NCBI GenBank assembly: GCA_965235115.1
Contig: OZ249436.1
Coordinates: 47,680,001-47,744,000, forward strand
DNA length: 64,000 nt
Source: Laetmonice hystrix
Lineage: Eukaryota
Direction of reading: 5' to 3'
Numbering within the stretch: the first letter of the stretch is position 1; every line of letters starts with the position of its first letter. Shown piece after piece: positions 26,285 to 38,018 of this stretch. The position numbers and the translations under genes were made by a program. The notes under the pieces are model-generated. The model worked only from the letters and a program-made list of their open reading frames with translations. It ran no database searches and had not been told where the DNA came from.

Positions 26285-26843
26285 AAACACTACAGAAACC
26301 TCCGTGAGAGTTGAAACTTGTCCTTCAAGTTTACAAACACTACAGAACCTCCGTGAAACTTGTCCTTCAAGTTTACAAACACTACAGAACCTCCGTGAAA
26401 CTTGTCCTTCAAGTTTACAAACACTACAGAACCCTCCGTGAAACTTGTCCTTCAAGTTTACAGACACTACAGAACCTCCGTGAAACTTGTCCTTCAAGTT
26501 TACAAACACTACAGAACCCTCCGTGAAACTTGTCCTTCAAGTTTACAAACACTACAGAACCTCTGTGAAACTTGTCCTTCAAGTTTACAGACACTACAGA
26601 ACCTCCGGGAAACTTGTCCTTCAAGTTTACAAACACTACAGAACCTCCGGGAAACTTGTCCTTCAAGTTTACAAACACTACAGAACCTCCGTGAAACTTG
26701 TCCTTTAAGTTTACAAACTGCAGAACCTCCGTGAAACTTGTCCTTCAAGTTTACAAACACTACAGAACCTCCGTGAAACTTGTCCTTCAAGTTTACAAAC
26801 ATTACAGAACCTCCGTGAAACTTGTCCTTCAAGTTTACAAACA
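26285..26843. repeat. Minisatellite, 42-43-bp unit, ~13 copies, with an internal hairpin
   Basis: Unit aaacactacagaacctccgtgaaacttgtccttcaagtttac; stem aaacttg/caagttt. Confidence 0.97.
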
Positions 26844-27435
26844 TCCTGGCGTGCTACTCTCGTCTTATTTTGCTCTCATTCAATGAGGCATGCTTCCTGC
26901 TTTGACCTTTCATTTCCACGTCACAAACGACCCTTTCCTATCCTACTGAACCTTTTTTTCTCTCCGATTTCTTTTCTTCTTTTCTCGAAATCATTTTCTT
27001 CTGCCAGGTTACCGACGCCCCTACAAACCACAACTTCTATAGATGGTTTATAAACTATCACACAAACCTACAAATTACAATAACTGGAACAGTTTGCTCT
27101 ATCTTTGTATCGCAACATGTAAATGCCAATTTTCATCACCACCATAACAACACCGTATTATTACCAGGTCTTGGCGCTTAATTTTCCTCGGATACAAATT
27201 GCCTGTAAAGGCCGGTTTATAGTCCGTCGACCGACCATCGGCCGACCATCGGCCGATTACCCACCGACCGACGACGCATCGCTGAACGTTTATAGTTGCA
27301 GCGATGCCCAGCGATCACCGTCTGCCGACCGTCGGCAGACCGATCGCTGAGAGTTAAGTCTATGTGAACTTTGACCTCGATCGCTGGACGATCGCGGGAA
27401 TTTCAACATCACGTCACATGTGACTGGTCAACAAA

Positions 27436-27667
27436 ATGGATGACCGTCACTTTGTCGAGGGTCTATTGCAGGAGGTGCAGTTGTACCCTTGCCTCTATGG
27501 GATTGATCGAGAAGATTATAAAGATAAGCAAAAGAAGGAGAATGCATGGAGGAGCATAGCCGAGGCTTTGAATCGAACTGGTATGTATGGAATATATTAT
27601 TTTTAGGCTAGAGTAGAGACTAACGTTAGAGTCTAGACCTGTCCTTGGCTTGGCTGTAGCCTACATG

Positions 27668-27711
<44 letters not shown>

Positions 27712-30700
27712 GATAGATAGATAGATAGTTTTATTTCCTGGAAGCATACAGTATCGCCGAGATGCAATACACATACAGGTATACAGTATTTTACACAGTG
27801 ATGCTTTCAGGGGGTACGCATTAGAGACATAACTGTCTGTGACCTCCATACACACAGAAACCCCAATACAGTGCAGGAAAATAAGGGAAACGCGGAGGTA
27901 ATGAGTACCCAGAAACTACATACATATAAGTAGAGTAAAAGACAGCAGTTGTGTCGCAGTTAGCTTGTATGTCTTAATTAGATACCATCCTTTCCGTATA
28001 AGATAAAGAGATGTCAGTTGTGCCACGAATACGTAGTTACATACAGTCAGATATATTAGGTACATACATTTTGTTGAAGCTTGATCACATAATTATCAAT
28101 CAATAGTTTGCCATAAGAGATTTCCTAAGATTGTGCTTGAATGCTTTAAGTGTCCTAGCACCCTTTAGAGATTCATCTAGACCCATCCATAATTCCGGGC
28201 CACAGTATAGGAAACTTCTTTTAAATAAGTCCGTGTTGAATTTTGGAATTCCCAGATCCTTGCAGTGCCTAGTATTATAAGCATGTACATCCTGTTGGAA
28301 GTGAAATAACTGGAGAAGTGGTGGTGGGAGGGAGGCATTTACATAGCGATATACAAAAGTAGCCACAGATTAGAATCTACTACTAGTACTACTAGTAGTA
28401 CTAGAGTAGACCTAGTAAGATAGAACATAGTCATAGGTATTAGAAGACTAACGTACTCCCCCCCCCCCCCCCATAAATAAACTTTAGATTAGGCCAATGA
28501 CTGAATGAGTGAATCTCGGAATCTGATGAATCCAAAAGTCTAGATCTTAATGTATTGTAGGCTGAGGACCATTTCAGTTTTGTAATAACCAATGCTATCC
28601 ATAACTCTAACCCTAACTCTAACCCTTTTTGAACAATTTGACTCCAAGTGTCATGGCAAACCTGTTTGGGACGGGAAAAAATCGCGGCCCGGGCCTTGAT
28701 CTGCCGGCGTAGTGCCGCGGTACGGGCGCACGCCACACACACGGCCGGTAACACTCAGCAGTCACCCCTGTGTCTCATGAGAGTAGAGTTACTGTAGACT
28801 CGATAGCCTAGCCTAGGCCTATATATCAGGATATTATTAATCGTAGCTGTTCTGTGCTCGTGCTGTCCTGCTTGAACTAGGCCTACATCTAGCTGTAGCA
28901 TTATCGAAATATAAACACATTTACAATCGATCTAGATACGACAAACCTTGGCGGCTTGGCTTGAAAACTGATGTCACTGTCAGCGTGATCCTTATAATCC
29001 GGGAGTTCATGACTGTTCGCCTTTTCACAGTAAAATTCCATGTCACCAATGGCAATGTTGCCAATCCGTTTGTCATCCAGTTCAGATTTTCGATCGCGAT
29101 TGAATCAATTATAATAATCTTTTTTCCGGCACACCAGCTTGGGACATGATTAAATCCGTATTAAACCGGGCACAGGCAAGATCAGGTGCACAGGAGGTGT
29201 GTCACTGTCCAGTTTTGTCGGAAAACTAATCTGTAAATTTCAAGCGAGGCCTAGCCTATGACGTCGTTAGGCCATCTATCCATTCACACGTGACGTGTCA
29301 CGTGTGCCCGCCGAAGCCTCACCGGTTAACCAATGTTACGCGCGCTTAGTTTTTGTAGTCCGTGTCTCGTGAAAGACGTAGGCCTATCTTCTGAACATGT
29401 AGAAGTTTCTTCCAAATCTTTTAAATAAATTCCATTATTTTTACGCCTGAAGGTATCATTGTTTTCCACAAGCAATCAGTTTTGATGTACACAGGTCTGC
29501 CATGGGGGTAATTATTTTTGTAATGGACATGCTAGTAGTTTGTTACTCTGAACAGAATTAAAACCCCGAAATGAGACATTGATGTATCATATATCCAGGG
29601 CGGATCCAGCTTTTTGAAAAAGGGAAGGGGGGGGGGAGTCCAGTTTGTTATGACCTAATGTCATTAGGGGGTCCTCCCTCGAAAACGTTATTTCCTGACC
29701 AAACGTTATTTCCTCAGCAACAAAATTTTGGTCAGGAAAAAAATCGCCTCTGGGTCCACCCCTGATAATGGCACCAAATTTTCTCAGCATTGCCAGGTGT
29801 TTCTTCTAATGTGGCATTGTTTGCTTATTTAGGTTTAGGGTAAATGTTGCAGGCTCGTTAATTTTGATGAGTAGGCCTACTATGTATCAATGCCAAGAGA
29901 CTAGGGAGTAGTAAAGTTCAGGGGCGTAGGAAGCTGGGGGTAGGGGGGCTGCTGCCCCCCCCCCCCCCATATATTTATAAAATGACCGTAGGCTCAATGC
30001 AGAGCCATAGGCGTAAGTCATTGTGACGTCACTTCTCCCCCCCCCCCAATATTTCTTTCCTTCCTACACCACTAAAGTTAAGTTAAAATTATCAGGTAAT
30101 GACCTTCATTTCTACCATTTTCAGTGGAAGATGTACAGAAAAGATTTAGGAGTCTGCGCGACGTGTACAGAAAGAAGAGAAAGGACTTCACTGAAAAAAA
30201 AAGTGGCTCAGCTGCCGTCCTCAGAACAAAATGGGCCTACTTCGACATGATGGGCTTCCTAGACCCATACATAAAGTCAGAGAAGTGAGACTTTGACTTG
30301 ACAAAATAATGTTTTAATGGAAACAAATTTAAATAGCAAAACGATACCATGAAGTGTGATATTGATTCACCATTTTAATACTTTTAATACATTTTTGCAA
30401 AGTTCTGGAGTCAAAGAGTGGTAAGAGAGATGATATCCAGGAACACCTGCAGCCTAGTCATAAGGAAACAGTTACATGTACCGAGTCTGGACAATAATAG
30501 TACTAATGGGATGGTGCTAGAGAAGCAGTAGCCACAGTAATGATTCGATAAATTATGTATCACTCAAGGTCTTTGTCATATATACAGGACCGGCATGGTT
30601 TCACTAATTCATCTTTGTAAATGTATGTAAAAGCTGCATCGAATTACATCGAAAATTAGACGATTTCAGGTTTTTAAAAGTTTAACATCGTTCAATATGT

Positions 30701-31149
30701 CTCCTTGCAGAACGTTTGGCAACGTTGAACTCGAAGAGCAGGCCGGCGAGGAGACCATTATGGAGGAAGATCCTTCTGGAGGAGGAGATGGAGAAGGACA
30801 ACAACTATCCACCTCAGACGACGTAGCCAACATACAAGGTTTGTCAGTGGAAGGCAAGACAAGGAAGAGGCAGAGAAAGGAAATGGACAGTGTAGACGTG
30901 GAACTTTTGAAGATGATGAAAACCGCGTCGGGAAATCTGACACCGCCTTCAGAAAGTTCACTGTGGGCGCAGTCAGTCGCCCTTCGAATGGAGAAGCTAA
31001 CACCAATCCAGAGAGCCAGGACAAGAGTGCAAATTGAGCAACTGCTCTTGGAGCTCGAATTTGGCAATGAGACATCTGTTCCCAACACTCCTGCTCCATT
31101 GATGCCACTGGCATTTGTAGACGATGGCCGCTGCTTTCAGCAGCTTTAA
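27436..31149 (+). CDS. Harbinger ORF2: MADF (Myb/SANT-like) DNA-binding protein with C-terminal BESS-like motif, 247 aa; exons 27436-27580, 30125-30284, 30711-31149
   Basis: GT-AG introns with matching phases (1 and 2); 744 nt with no stops. Reads MDDRHFVEGLLQEVQLYPCLYGIDREDYKDKQKKENAWRSIAEALNRT/VEDVQKRFRSLRDVYRKKRK...KWAYFDMMGFLDPYIK (MADF pattern), then an acidic linker, KTRKRQRK (NLS-like) and SLWAQSVALRMEKLTPIQRARTRVQIEQLLLELEF (BESS-like). Confidence 0.9.
27713..28376 (-). mobile_element. 5'-truncated non-LTR retrotransposon (CR1/L2/Crack group) 3' end, nested in MADF intron 1
   Basis: ORF 28100-28366 has the ORF2 C-terminal pattern H-x-YNTR...P...T...KRSFLY-x-GP-x-LW...FK...L; followed by a 3'UTR, AATAAA and an (ATCT)n tail; candidate TSD ctactactag at 27703-27712 and 28377-28386. 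Confidence 0.85.
29596..29764. mobile_element. Degenerate hAT-type MITE inside MADF intron 1
   Basis: Imperfect TIRs CAGGGCGGATCCAG ... CTGGGTCCACCCCTG; no intact TSD. Confidence 0.6.
29919..30073. mobile_element. Degenerate hAT-type MITE inside MADF intron 1
   Basis: CAGGGGCGTAGGAAG ... CTTCCTACACCACT; aaagtt on both flanks as a TSD remnant. Confidence 0.55.
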
Positions 31150-31544
31150 GGCCAAGTCTGTTTCTCTGTCGCACGCCCCCCCCCGCCATACATGGTGTGC
31201 ATTATAATTTAATTATGAATATGTACACATTGATATAAGTAAGGAAATTATGATTATTAACACTTTTCATGACGTAGCCACCATAATGTCGTACCCGCGG
31301 CGTACGCCCCCACCCCCCACCCGTTAGGCTTTTTTTGGGTAGCTTTTCAGCCTTGTTGAAGACCTTTTTATTTTGCTTATCAGAGTTTCCTTAAAAAAAA
31401 TTACCCCCCCCCCCCCCGCTGAGACTGAGATGTATTATAAAACCAGGATTTATATGAATAAAATGATTTGAGCACCTGGGAAGTCTCCTTAACACACATG
31501 TACTAATTTTGGTCTAGACCTGCCTTCAATATATAACAAGAAAG

Positions 31545-34429
31545 TCAGTTATGAGGTAAACTGCCTCGGCGAACATGGTCCAACTGCCACGGAACCTCTC
31601 CCTCTGGGGAACCAAAGTAACTCTTGAAGAGTGCCCGTACTGTAGCGGCACTGGCACCATAGCTGTTGCTGCCGACTCTGCGGATGCTTTGTATCCCACT
31701 TGACTCGACTGATTCCTGTCTCCAGTGTCCATCAGTGATGTACCCGGATCCATCTTCTGTGTCCACCATATTATTACCACTATATATTCGTTTGTCCATT
31801 GGCATATTGTGATCCCTTTGTGCAAGGAAGTTGTGCAGGCACAGACATGCCTTCACCATCGAAACCACTTTGTCTGGTTTTGCGTGAATTGGCTTTCTGA
31901 AAATTCTCCATCTCGAGGACATGATGCCGAAGCTATTTTCAATTACCCTCCGGGCCCTGGATAGTCTATAGTTAAAAATGCGCATGTCCTCGGGAAGGTT
32001 TGAACCAGGATATGGCCTCATGATGTTTTGTCTCAGTGGGAACGCTTCGTCACCCAGATTTGCTCATCAGACCCTGGTAGTGGTGCTGGGTCTGGTAGGT
32101 CTAACTGGCCACATTCAAGCTTTTGCCCAAAAGCAGAATTGCTTAATACGCCGCCATCACTGTTTCTGCCGGGACTTTCAATGTCTACTAGTGTGAAACA
32201 ATACCGAGCATCACACACAGCCATCAAGACAATACTGTGTGTTCCCTTGTAGTTGTAATAGGATGAACCAGCATTTGGTGGGGCCTGCACCATTACATGC
32301 TTGCCGTCTATGGACCCAAGAACATTGGGGAAATTCCAAATTTCACCGAATACTGTGGCAATTTGTTGCCACCTAGACTTGTTAGAAGGTTTCAGCACAA
32401 TTGGTTGTAAAATATCCCATAAAGCGTTGCATGTTTCCTCAATTATTTTCCCGACTTCTGCCTTGGAGATTCTGTATGAGAATGCGATGGACTGTTGAGC
32501 ATCTCCTGATGCAAGGAACCTGAAAAAGATTCACAAAATGTGATTTTTTTTTATCATAGCAATTATGTTTCCTTGAGTCTACAGTCAGATCTCTTCCATA
32601 GGCGGCGGAAGATAAAATTGGTTGGTTGGGAGGGGGGGGGGGTTGCTGTGTATTCTGGGCTAAGTCTATATAATACTAATTTACGACACAAAGTAGGAAT
32701 TAGGATAGGCCTAGCAGTAGGTATAGCGTTTTAGGCCTAGATCATTCAGACGGGTCCTCGAGTGCCTGTCCAGGATGTTCAGCAGTACATGGGAGGGGTC
32801 GCAGGAGATTATTCCAAATTAGAAGCTCTGAGACGCGATTTCCCGCCATTTAGGGCCATTTTAGAGCGCGCGCATGAGTCCTATGTCTGTCCTCGCGGGT
32901 CAGCGGGTTTTGGTGCCATGCAGTTTGACGGTCACTTGCAGGCCAGATGCGGGTCACTTGCAGGGGCGTAGCCAAGATGTTCTGGGGGGGGGGGGGGGGC
33001 ATCCGCGACACACTTTTTAAACACCTATTATTTGGTGTTTGTATAATAACAGTTCAATCTTTACTGGGGTAAGTTTAGTTGGTGGTGGTAGGGGGGGGGG
33101 AGCTGCTCGGGATCCCGCTACATGATTGGGTAGCCAGCGCCGTTCATGCGGCGAGGTATTATTAGTCTGAGGTATTAAAAACACGCCCCTAGCTTCAGAA
33201 CACATTATGAGCCTTTGTGGGTGGTAACTTTGATAACGATTAGCGCAGTGTAAAATAAAATCGAGTTGATTGTCGGCTGAGTGACTGACAGCGACTCGTG
33301 CCGGGTGCGTGATCTGTGCTTGCCGCGACTCGGCGCGAGTAGCCGGGACATCCCTGGCCGTCTCTCGCCTAGCTTTTACCGCCAACACCAGTCGGGCGGA
33401 GCCCTCTCTTCACATGTTTCGACTCATGCTGGACATTAACTAACATATTGACATCTCACGATCGGCACTGTTTAATCTTAGACTTAGTTATAATACTACT
33501 ACTGGAACAATCTCATTCCACGGTCAGTTCAACGAGAAGTATTGCTGAATAGACGACCAGAAAAGTGCTCTAAAGACACCGAAATATTGGACAGTTTTCG
33601 AGCGGGGTTAAAGAATTAAATACAAAAAAAATGATGAGCTTTCGATCGGTGGTAACTGATTTTTTAACGCTTGTTTAGTTAATGTATGGTCAGCGTCCAA
33701 AGTTAACCATTTTTTAGCAATTTTATCAGTCATGTCCGAATGGCGGACGACGTCTGATGAATTGGTTAAATTTATATTTTTAGAGCACAAAAGCTCCAAA
33801 ACCTGATATAATTAGAAAGAAGATACATTTATGTAAAGAACTCTAACTCGAATTTGGCAAATTGATTAGGCTAAGTTTTAACGTGCAGACAGCATTCTTG
33901 TCGCCTCGGTCGCAATGTTTTTGTTCTCTATTTATGGCTCGACCTAGATGGCGCTGCGAACGTGGATCCCCCCCCCCCCACCCTGTGTGAGTAGTATATG
34001 GAAACGGTGGTAAAGACCAGGCTATCTTGCACAAACTGTTCTCGAGACAGGGAACAACATGGTGAGTAAAAGATTCCCGCGGAGACCCTAAATAACTCAC
34101 CTGATAGTGAGAGTCAGTCTCTCACTGGGTCCAATGGGGATCCTGTGATTAGGGCCATGCTGCAGTTTAGGAGCGACGAGCCTCAGTAGTTCTTCAAATA
34201 TAACAGGCGTCATCCTCAGGTACCTGACAAAGAACTCTTCGTCAAACAACCGCATCTCTTGTACCAATCGATGGTACTCGCCCAATTCGGGTCTTCTTTC
34301 CAACACAGGCCTCACATAACAACTTCTTTCCCGCTCCCGTCTCTTGCGCCTTGAGATTAGAAGGGCACAGGCAGATAATCTCAGCATGTGATGTTGTCCT
34401 ACCTGAGCCATTTTGCTCGTTTGCTCCAT
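31545..34429 (-). pseudogene. Harbinger/HARBI1-like DDE transposase with one frameshift; exons 34429-34101 and 32519-31545
   Basis: Phase-2 intron AG|GTGAGT...tttttcag|G joins ERLTLTIR to FLASGDAQQSIAFSYRISK. Conserved motifs: FPNVLGSIDGKH, YYNYKGTHSIVLMAVCDA, GRNSDGG, GDEAFPL, FNYRLSRARRVIENSFG. The frame shifts at 32057/32056, just before GDEAF. Confidence 0.93.
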
Positions 34430-35369
34430 GGAGGAAAGCGCGCGGTTGTGCGGAAAAGTGTGCGATTGTCGGTGAGCACGATTGTGACGTTTATAGTTCA
34501 GCGTCCGATGGCCATCGGCCGACCGTCGGCCGATGGTCGGCCGACGGTCGGCCGACGGTCTGCCGACGGTCGGCCGACGGACTATAAACCGGCCTTAAAG
34601 CAAGCATTCAATCGTAGAGTCTGGCCTGGGGGCGGGAGGCGGGACTTGGTGTGATAAATAGTCGTGTATGTTTGCTCCGTGATCCATCACCCCCCCCCCC
34701 CCTGCCGTCCTACCCGCTACCCGCCCGCTACCCGCGGTATCCGAGCCGGACAAATTGGACCCTGTCCCCGCCACGCCAATCTACACGTTCACTGGCTGCT
34801 GGCCAGTACGATAACTGATCAGTGAGTCCAAACTGTAGCCTGGGTTCATTAACAACCTACGCCATGAACTCCACACAATGAGAGGATGGACATTCGGATA
34901 CAAGTACCACTTCATAACTGATAATTCTGACAGCAATTCATGCATAAACCTGACAACGGGTCAAACAGATCACTCTAATAACCAAGAACGGTAACGGTAA
35001 CTATCCCCTCAAAGTTTTAAATAACTTCTCTGGGATAATTCTGCGCTGACACAGATCTCAGCAGAGCCAGATACAATTTTAACTTCCTCGCCATGGCGAT
35101 AATAATACTGATGCATTCCTGACTGTACTATTTCTAGCAGTAAATGGACACTTCAAGAGCAGAACAGGGTCGACTTTTTCTCCTTGTCATAACCGCGGTA
35201 TTCCCCCATTTGGGAAGGGTTAGGGTTAGGGTTGGGGTTAGGGTTAGGTTTGTCGCTTGGACTCATCGGACTGGTATCAAACAGTGAATGAAACCCATTT
35301 TGCTATATGTTAAAATCCCCATTGAAAATACATTGGTGTTATCGACACAAGTTTGTGAAACAGACGCTG

Positions 35370-36297
35370 GCGCTTTCTAAATAAACCAGGTCGCCATTCA
35401 TGTCAAACTGGCCACGGTTAGGGTTAAGGTTAGGTTTGTCGCTTGAAACTCACGCTGGAACATTTACGATAAAAGCGCTTTCTAAATAAACCAGGTCGCC
35501 ATTCATGTCAAACTGGCCACGGTTAGGGTTAAGGTTAGGTTTGTCGCTTGAAACTCACGCTGGAACATTTACGATAAAAGCGCTTTCTAAATAAACCAGG
35601 TCGCCATTCATGTCAAACTGGCCACGGTTAGGGTTAGGGTTAAGGTTAGGTTTGTTGCTTGAAACTCACGCTAGAACATTTACGATAAAAGCGCTTTCTA
35701 AATAAACCAGGTCGCCATTCATGTCAAACTGGCCACGGTTAGGGTTAGGGTTAAGGTTAGGTTTGTCGCTTGAAACTCACGCTGGAACATTTACGATAAA
35801 AGCGCTTTCTAAATAAACCAGGTCGCCATTCATGTCAAACTGGCCCCGGTTAGGGTTAGGGTTAAGGTTAGGTTTGTCACTTGAAACTCACGCTGGAACA
35901 TTTACGATAAAAGCGCTTTCTAAATAAACCAGGTCGCCATTCATGTCAAACTGGCCACGGTTAGGGTTAGGGTTAAGGTTAGGTTTGTCGCTTGAAACTC
36001 ACGCTGGAACATTTACGATAAAAGCGCTTTCTAAATAAACCAGGTCGCCATTCATGTCAAACTGGCCACGGTTAGGGTTAGGGTTAAGGTTAGGTTTGTC
36101 GCTTGAAACTCACGCTAGAACATTTACGATAAAAGCGCTTTCTAAATAAACCAGGTCGCCATTCATGTCAAACTGGCCACGGTTAGGGTTAGGGTTAAGG
36201 TTAGGTTTGTCGCTTGAAACTCACGCTGGAACATTTACGATAAAAGTGCTTTCTAAATAAACCAGGTCGCCATTCATGTCAAACTGGCCACCGTTAG
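35370..36297. repeat. Tandem repeat, 105/111-bp unit, ~8.5 copies, each with a (GGTTAG)n telomere-like core
   Basis: Units start at 35370, 35475, 35580, 35691, 35802, 35913, 36024, 36135 and 36246; the two lengths differ by one hexamer; a related seed tract lies at 35214-35265. Confidence 0.95.
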
Positions 36298-37023
36298 ATT
36301 TATTGATAGAAGAAGAAAAAGTTATAGATTTATAGACTGTGTTTGATAACAATTTATTTCCAAACACATCTTTTATGTTTCAGTTTAGGCGGCATACGTT
36401 ACAGTAAAATTAACGAGCAGTGTTGGCGATTGTCCCAACAGTGCAATTTTCTAAAACCGCATCAAGTGATGTACACACACGATCTTATCACCCAAGGCTA
36501 ACACACTGATACATCAAATTGTGCTTAGTCTCCTATTAATATCACAGCTAATGTCTGTATCGTCATGGTAACCGACAGCAGGCCCATCCTTCATATTTAC
36601 TGGGCGAATAGATCATTATAAAACATCATAAATAAGGAGTCCTGTTAACTTTACCGGTTTCAGCAAAGTATAATTACATCCAAGTCAGAATGTCTACTTG
36701 TCTGGTAAATGTACAAAATTATTCAGTGGGTTTTAGGATATTTTTTGAGGGGAGGGGGGCGCTTCGTATGTAAAGGGAAATGGTGTATGCATCATTTAAT
36801 AAATCATGATTCTGACAAATGGATTTAATATCAGTGATTCTCATAAACAGACTTCTATAGCTGATTAATTTAATCCATTAATCTCTTGGTTACAGATAGT
36901 TCACATGCCATCCCCCCAGTCTTGGACAAGTGGGGCAGAATTCCAGTCCTCCTGGAATACAGGTCTGACTATTATCATATCATATCAATATATCATTCTT
37001 GATATCACCATAAACCAGTATGT

Positions 37024-38018
37024 CACCAGTCACAACAACCAGTATCGTCCCAGTCACAACCTCTAGTATCGTCCCAGTCACAACCTCTAGTATGGTCCCA
37101 GTCACAACCTCTAGTATCGTCCCAGTCACAACCTCTAGTATGGTCCCAGTCACAACCTCTAGTATCGTCCCAGTCACAACAACCAGTATCGTCCCAGTCA
37201 CAACAACCAGTATCGTCCCAGTCACAACCTCTAGTATCGTCCCAGTCACAACCTCTAGTATCGTCCCAGTCACAACAACCAGTATCGTCCCAGTCACAAC
37301 CTCCAGTATCGTCCCAGTCACAACCTCCAGTATCGTCCCAGTCACAACCTCCAGTATCGTCCCAGTCACAACAACCAGTATCGTCCCAGTCACAACCTCC
37401 AGTATCGTCCCAGTCACAACCTCTAGTATCATCCCAGTCACAACCTCCAGTATCGTCCCAGTCACAACCTCTAGTATCGTCCCAGTCACAACCTCTAGTA
37501 TCGTCCCAGTCACAACCTCCAGTATCGTCCCAGTCACAACCAGTATCGTCCCAGTCACAACCTCCAGTATCGTCCCAGTCACAACCTCCAGTATCGTCCC
37601 AGTCACAACCTCTAGTATCGTCCCAGTCACAACCTCCAGTATCGTCCCAGTCACAACCTCCAGTATCGTCCCAGTCACAACAACCAGTATCGTCCCAGTC
37701 ACAACCTCTAGTATCGTCCCAGTCACAACAACCAGTATCGTCCCAGTCACAACCTCCAGTATCGTCCCAGTCACAACCTCCAGTATCGTCCCAGTCACAA
37801 CCTCTAGTATCGTCCCAGTCACAACCTCCAGTATCGTCCCAGTCACAACCTCCAGTATCGTCCCAGTCACAACCTCTAGTATCGTCCCAGTCACAACCTC
37901 CAGTAACGTCCCAGTCACAACCTCTAGTATCGTCCCAGTCACAACCTCTAGTATCGTCCCAGTCACAACCTCCAGTATCGTCCCAGTCACAACAACCAGT
38001 ATCGTCCCAGTCACAACA
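37024..38018. repeat. Minisatellite, 24-bp unit, ~41 copies; reads (VPVTTSSI)n on the + strand
   Basis: Unit cagtcacaacct(c/t)(c/t)agtatcgtcc; a single 3-bp deletion near 37540. Confidence 0.97.

Larger units (their letters stand above)
27209..34595. mobile_element. Full-length PIF/Harbinger DNA transposon (7,387 bp, two-gene type)
   Basis: TIRs AGGCCGGTTTATAGTCCGTCG... and ...CGACGGACTATAAACCGGCCT (21 bp perfect, ~47 bp imperfect); exact TAA TSD at 27206-27208 and 34596-34598; 11-bp subterminal repeats ccgacc(a/g)tcgg; encodes a DDE transposase and a MADF protein convergently. Confidence 0.96.

Noticed and set aside
26285..26843. CRISPR-like array of hairpin-containing ~42-bp repeats
   Set aside because: Units are contiguous and near-identical with no unique spacers; there are no cas genes and the context is eukaryotic.
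30666..31189. Minus-strand ORFs of 140 and 143 aa
   Set aside because: Antisense shadows of MADF-BESS exon 3.
35214..36297. True telomere or chromosome-fusion site
   Set aside because: Only a few degenerate hexamers per unit, embedded in a longer repeat; no long pure (TTAGGG)n.
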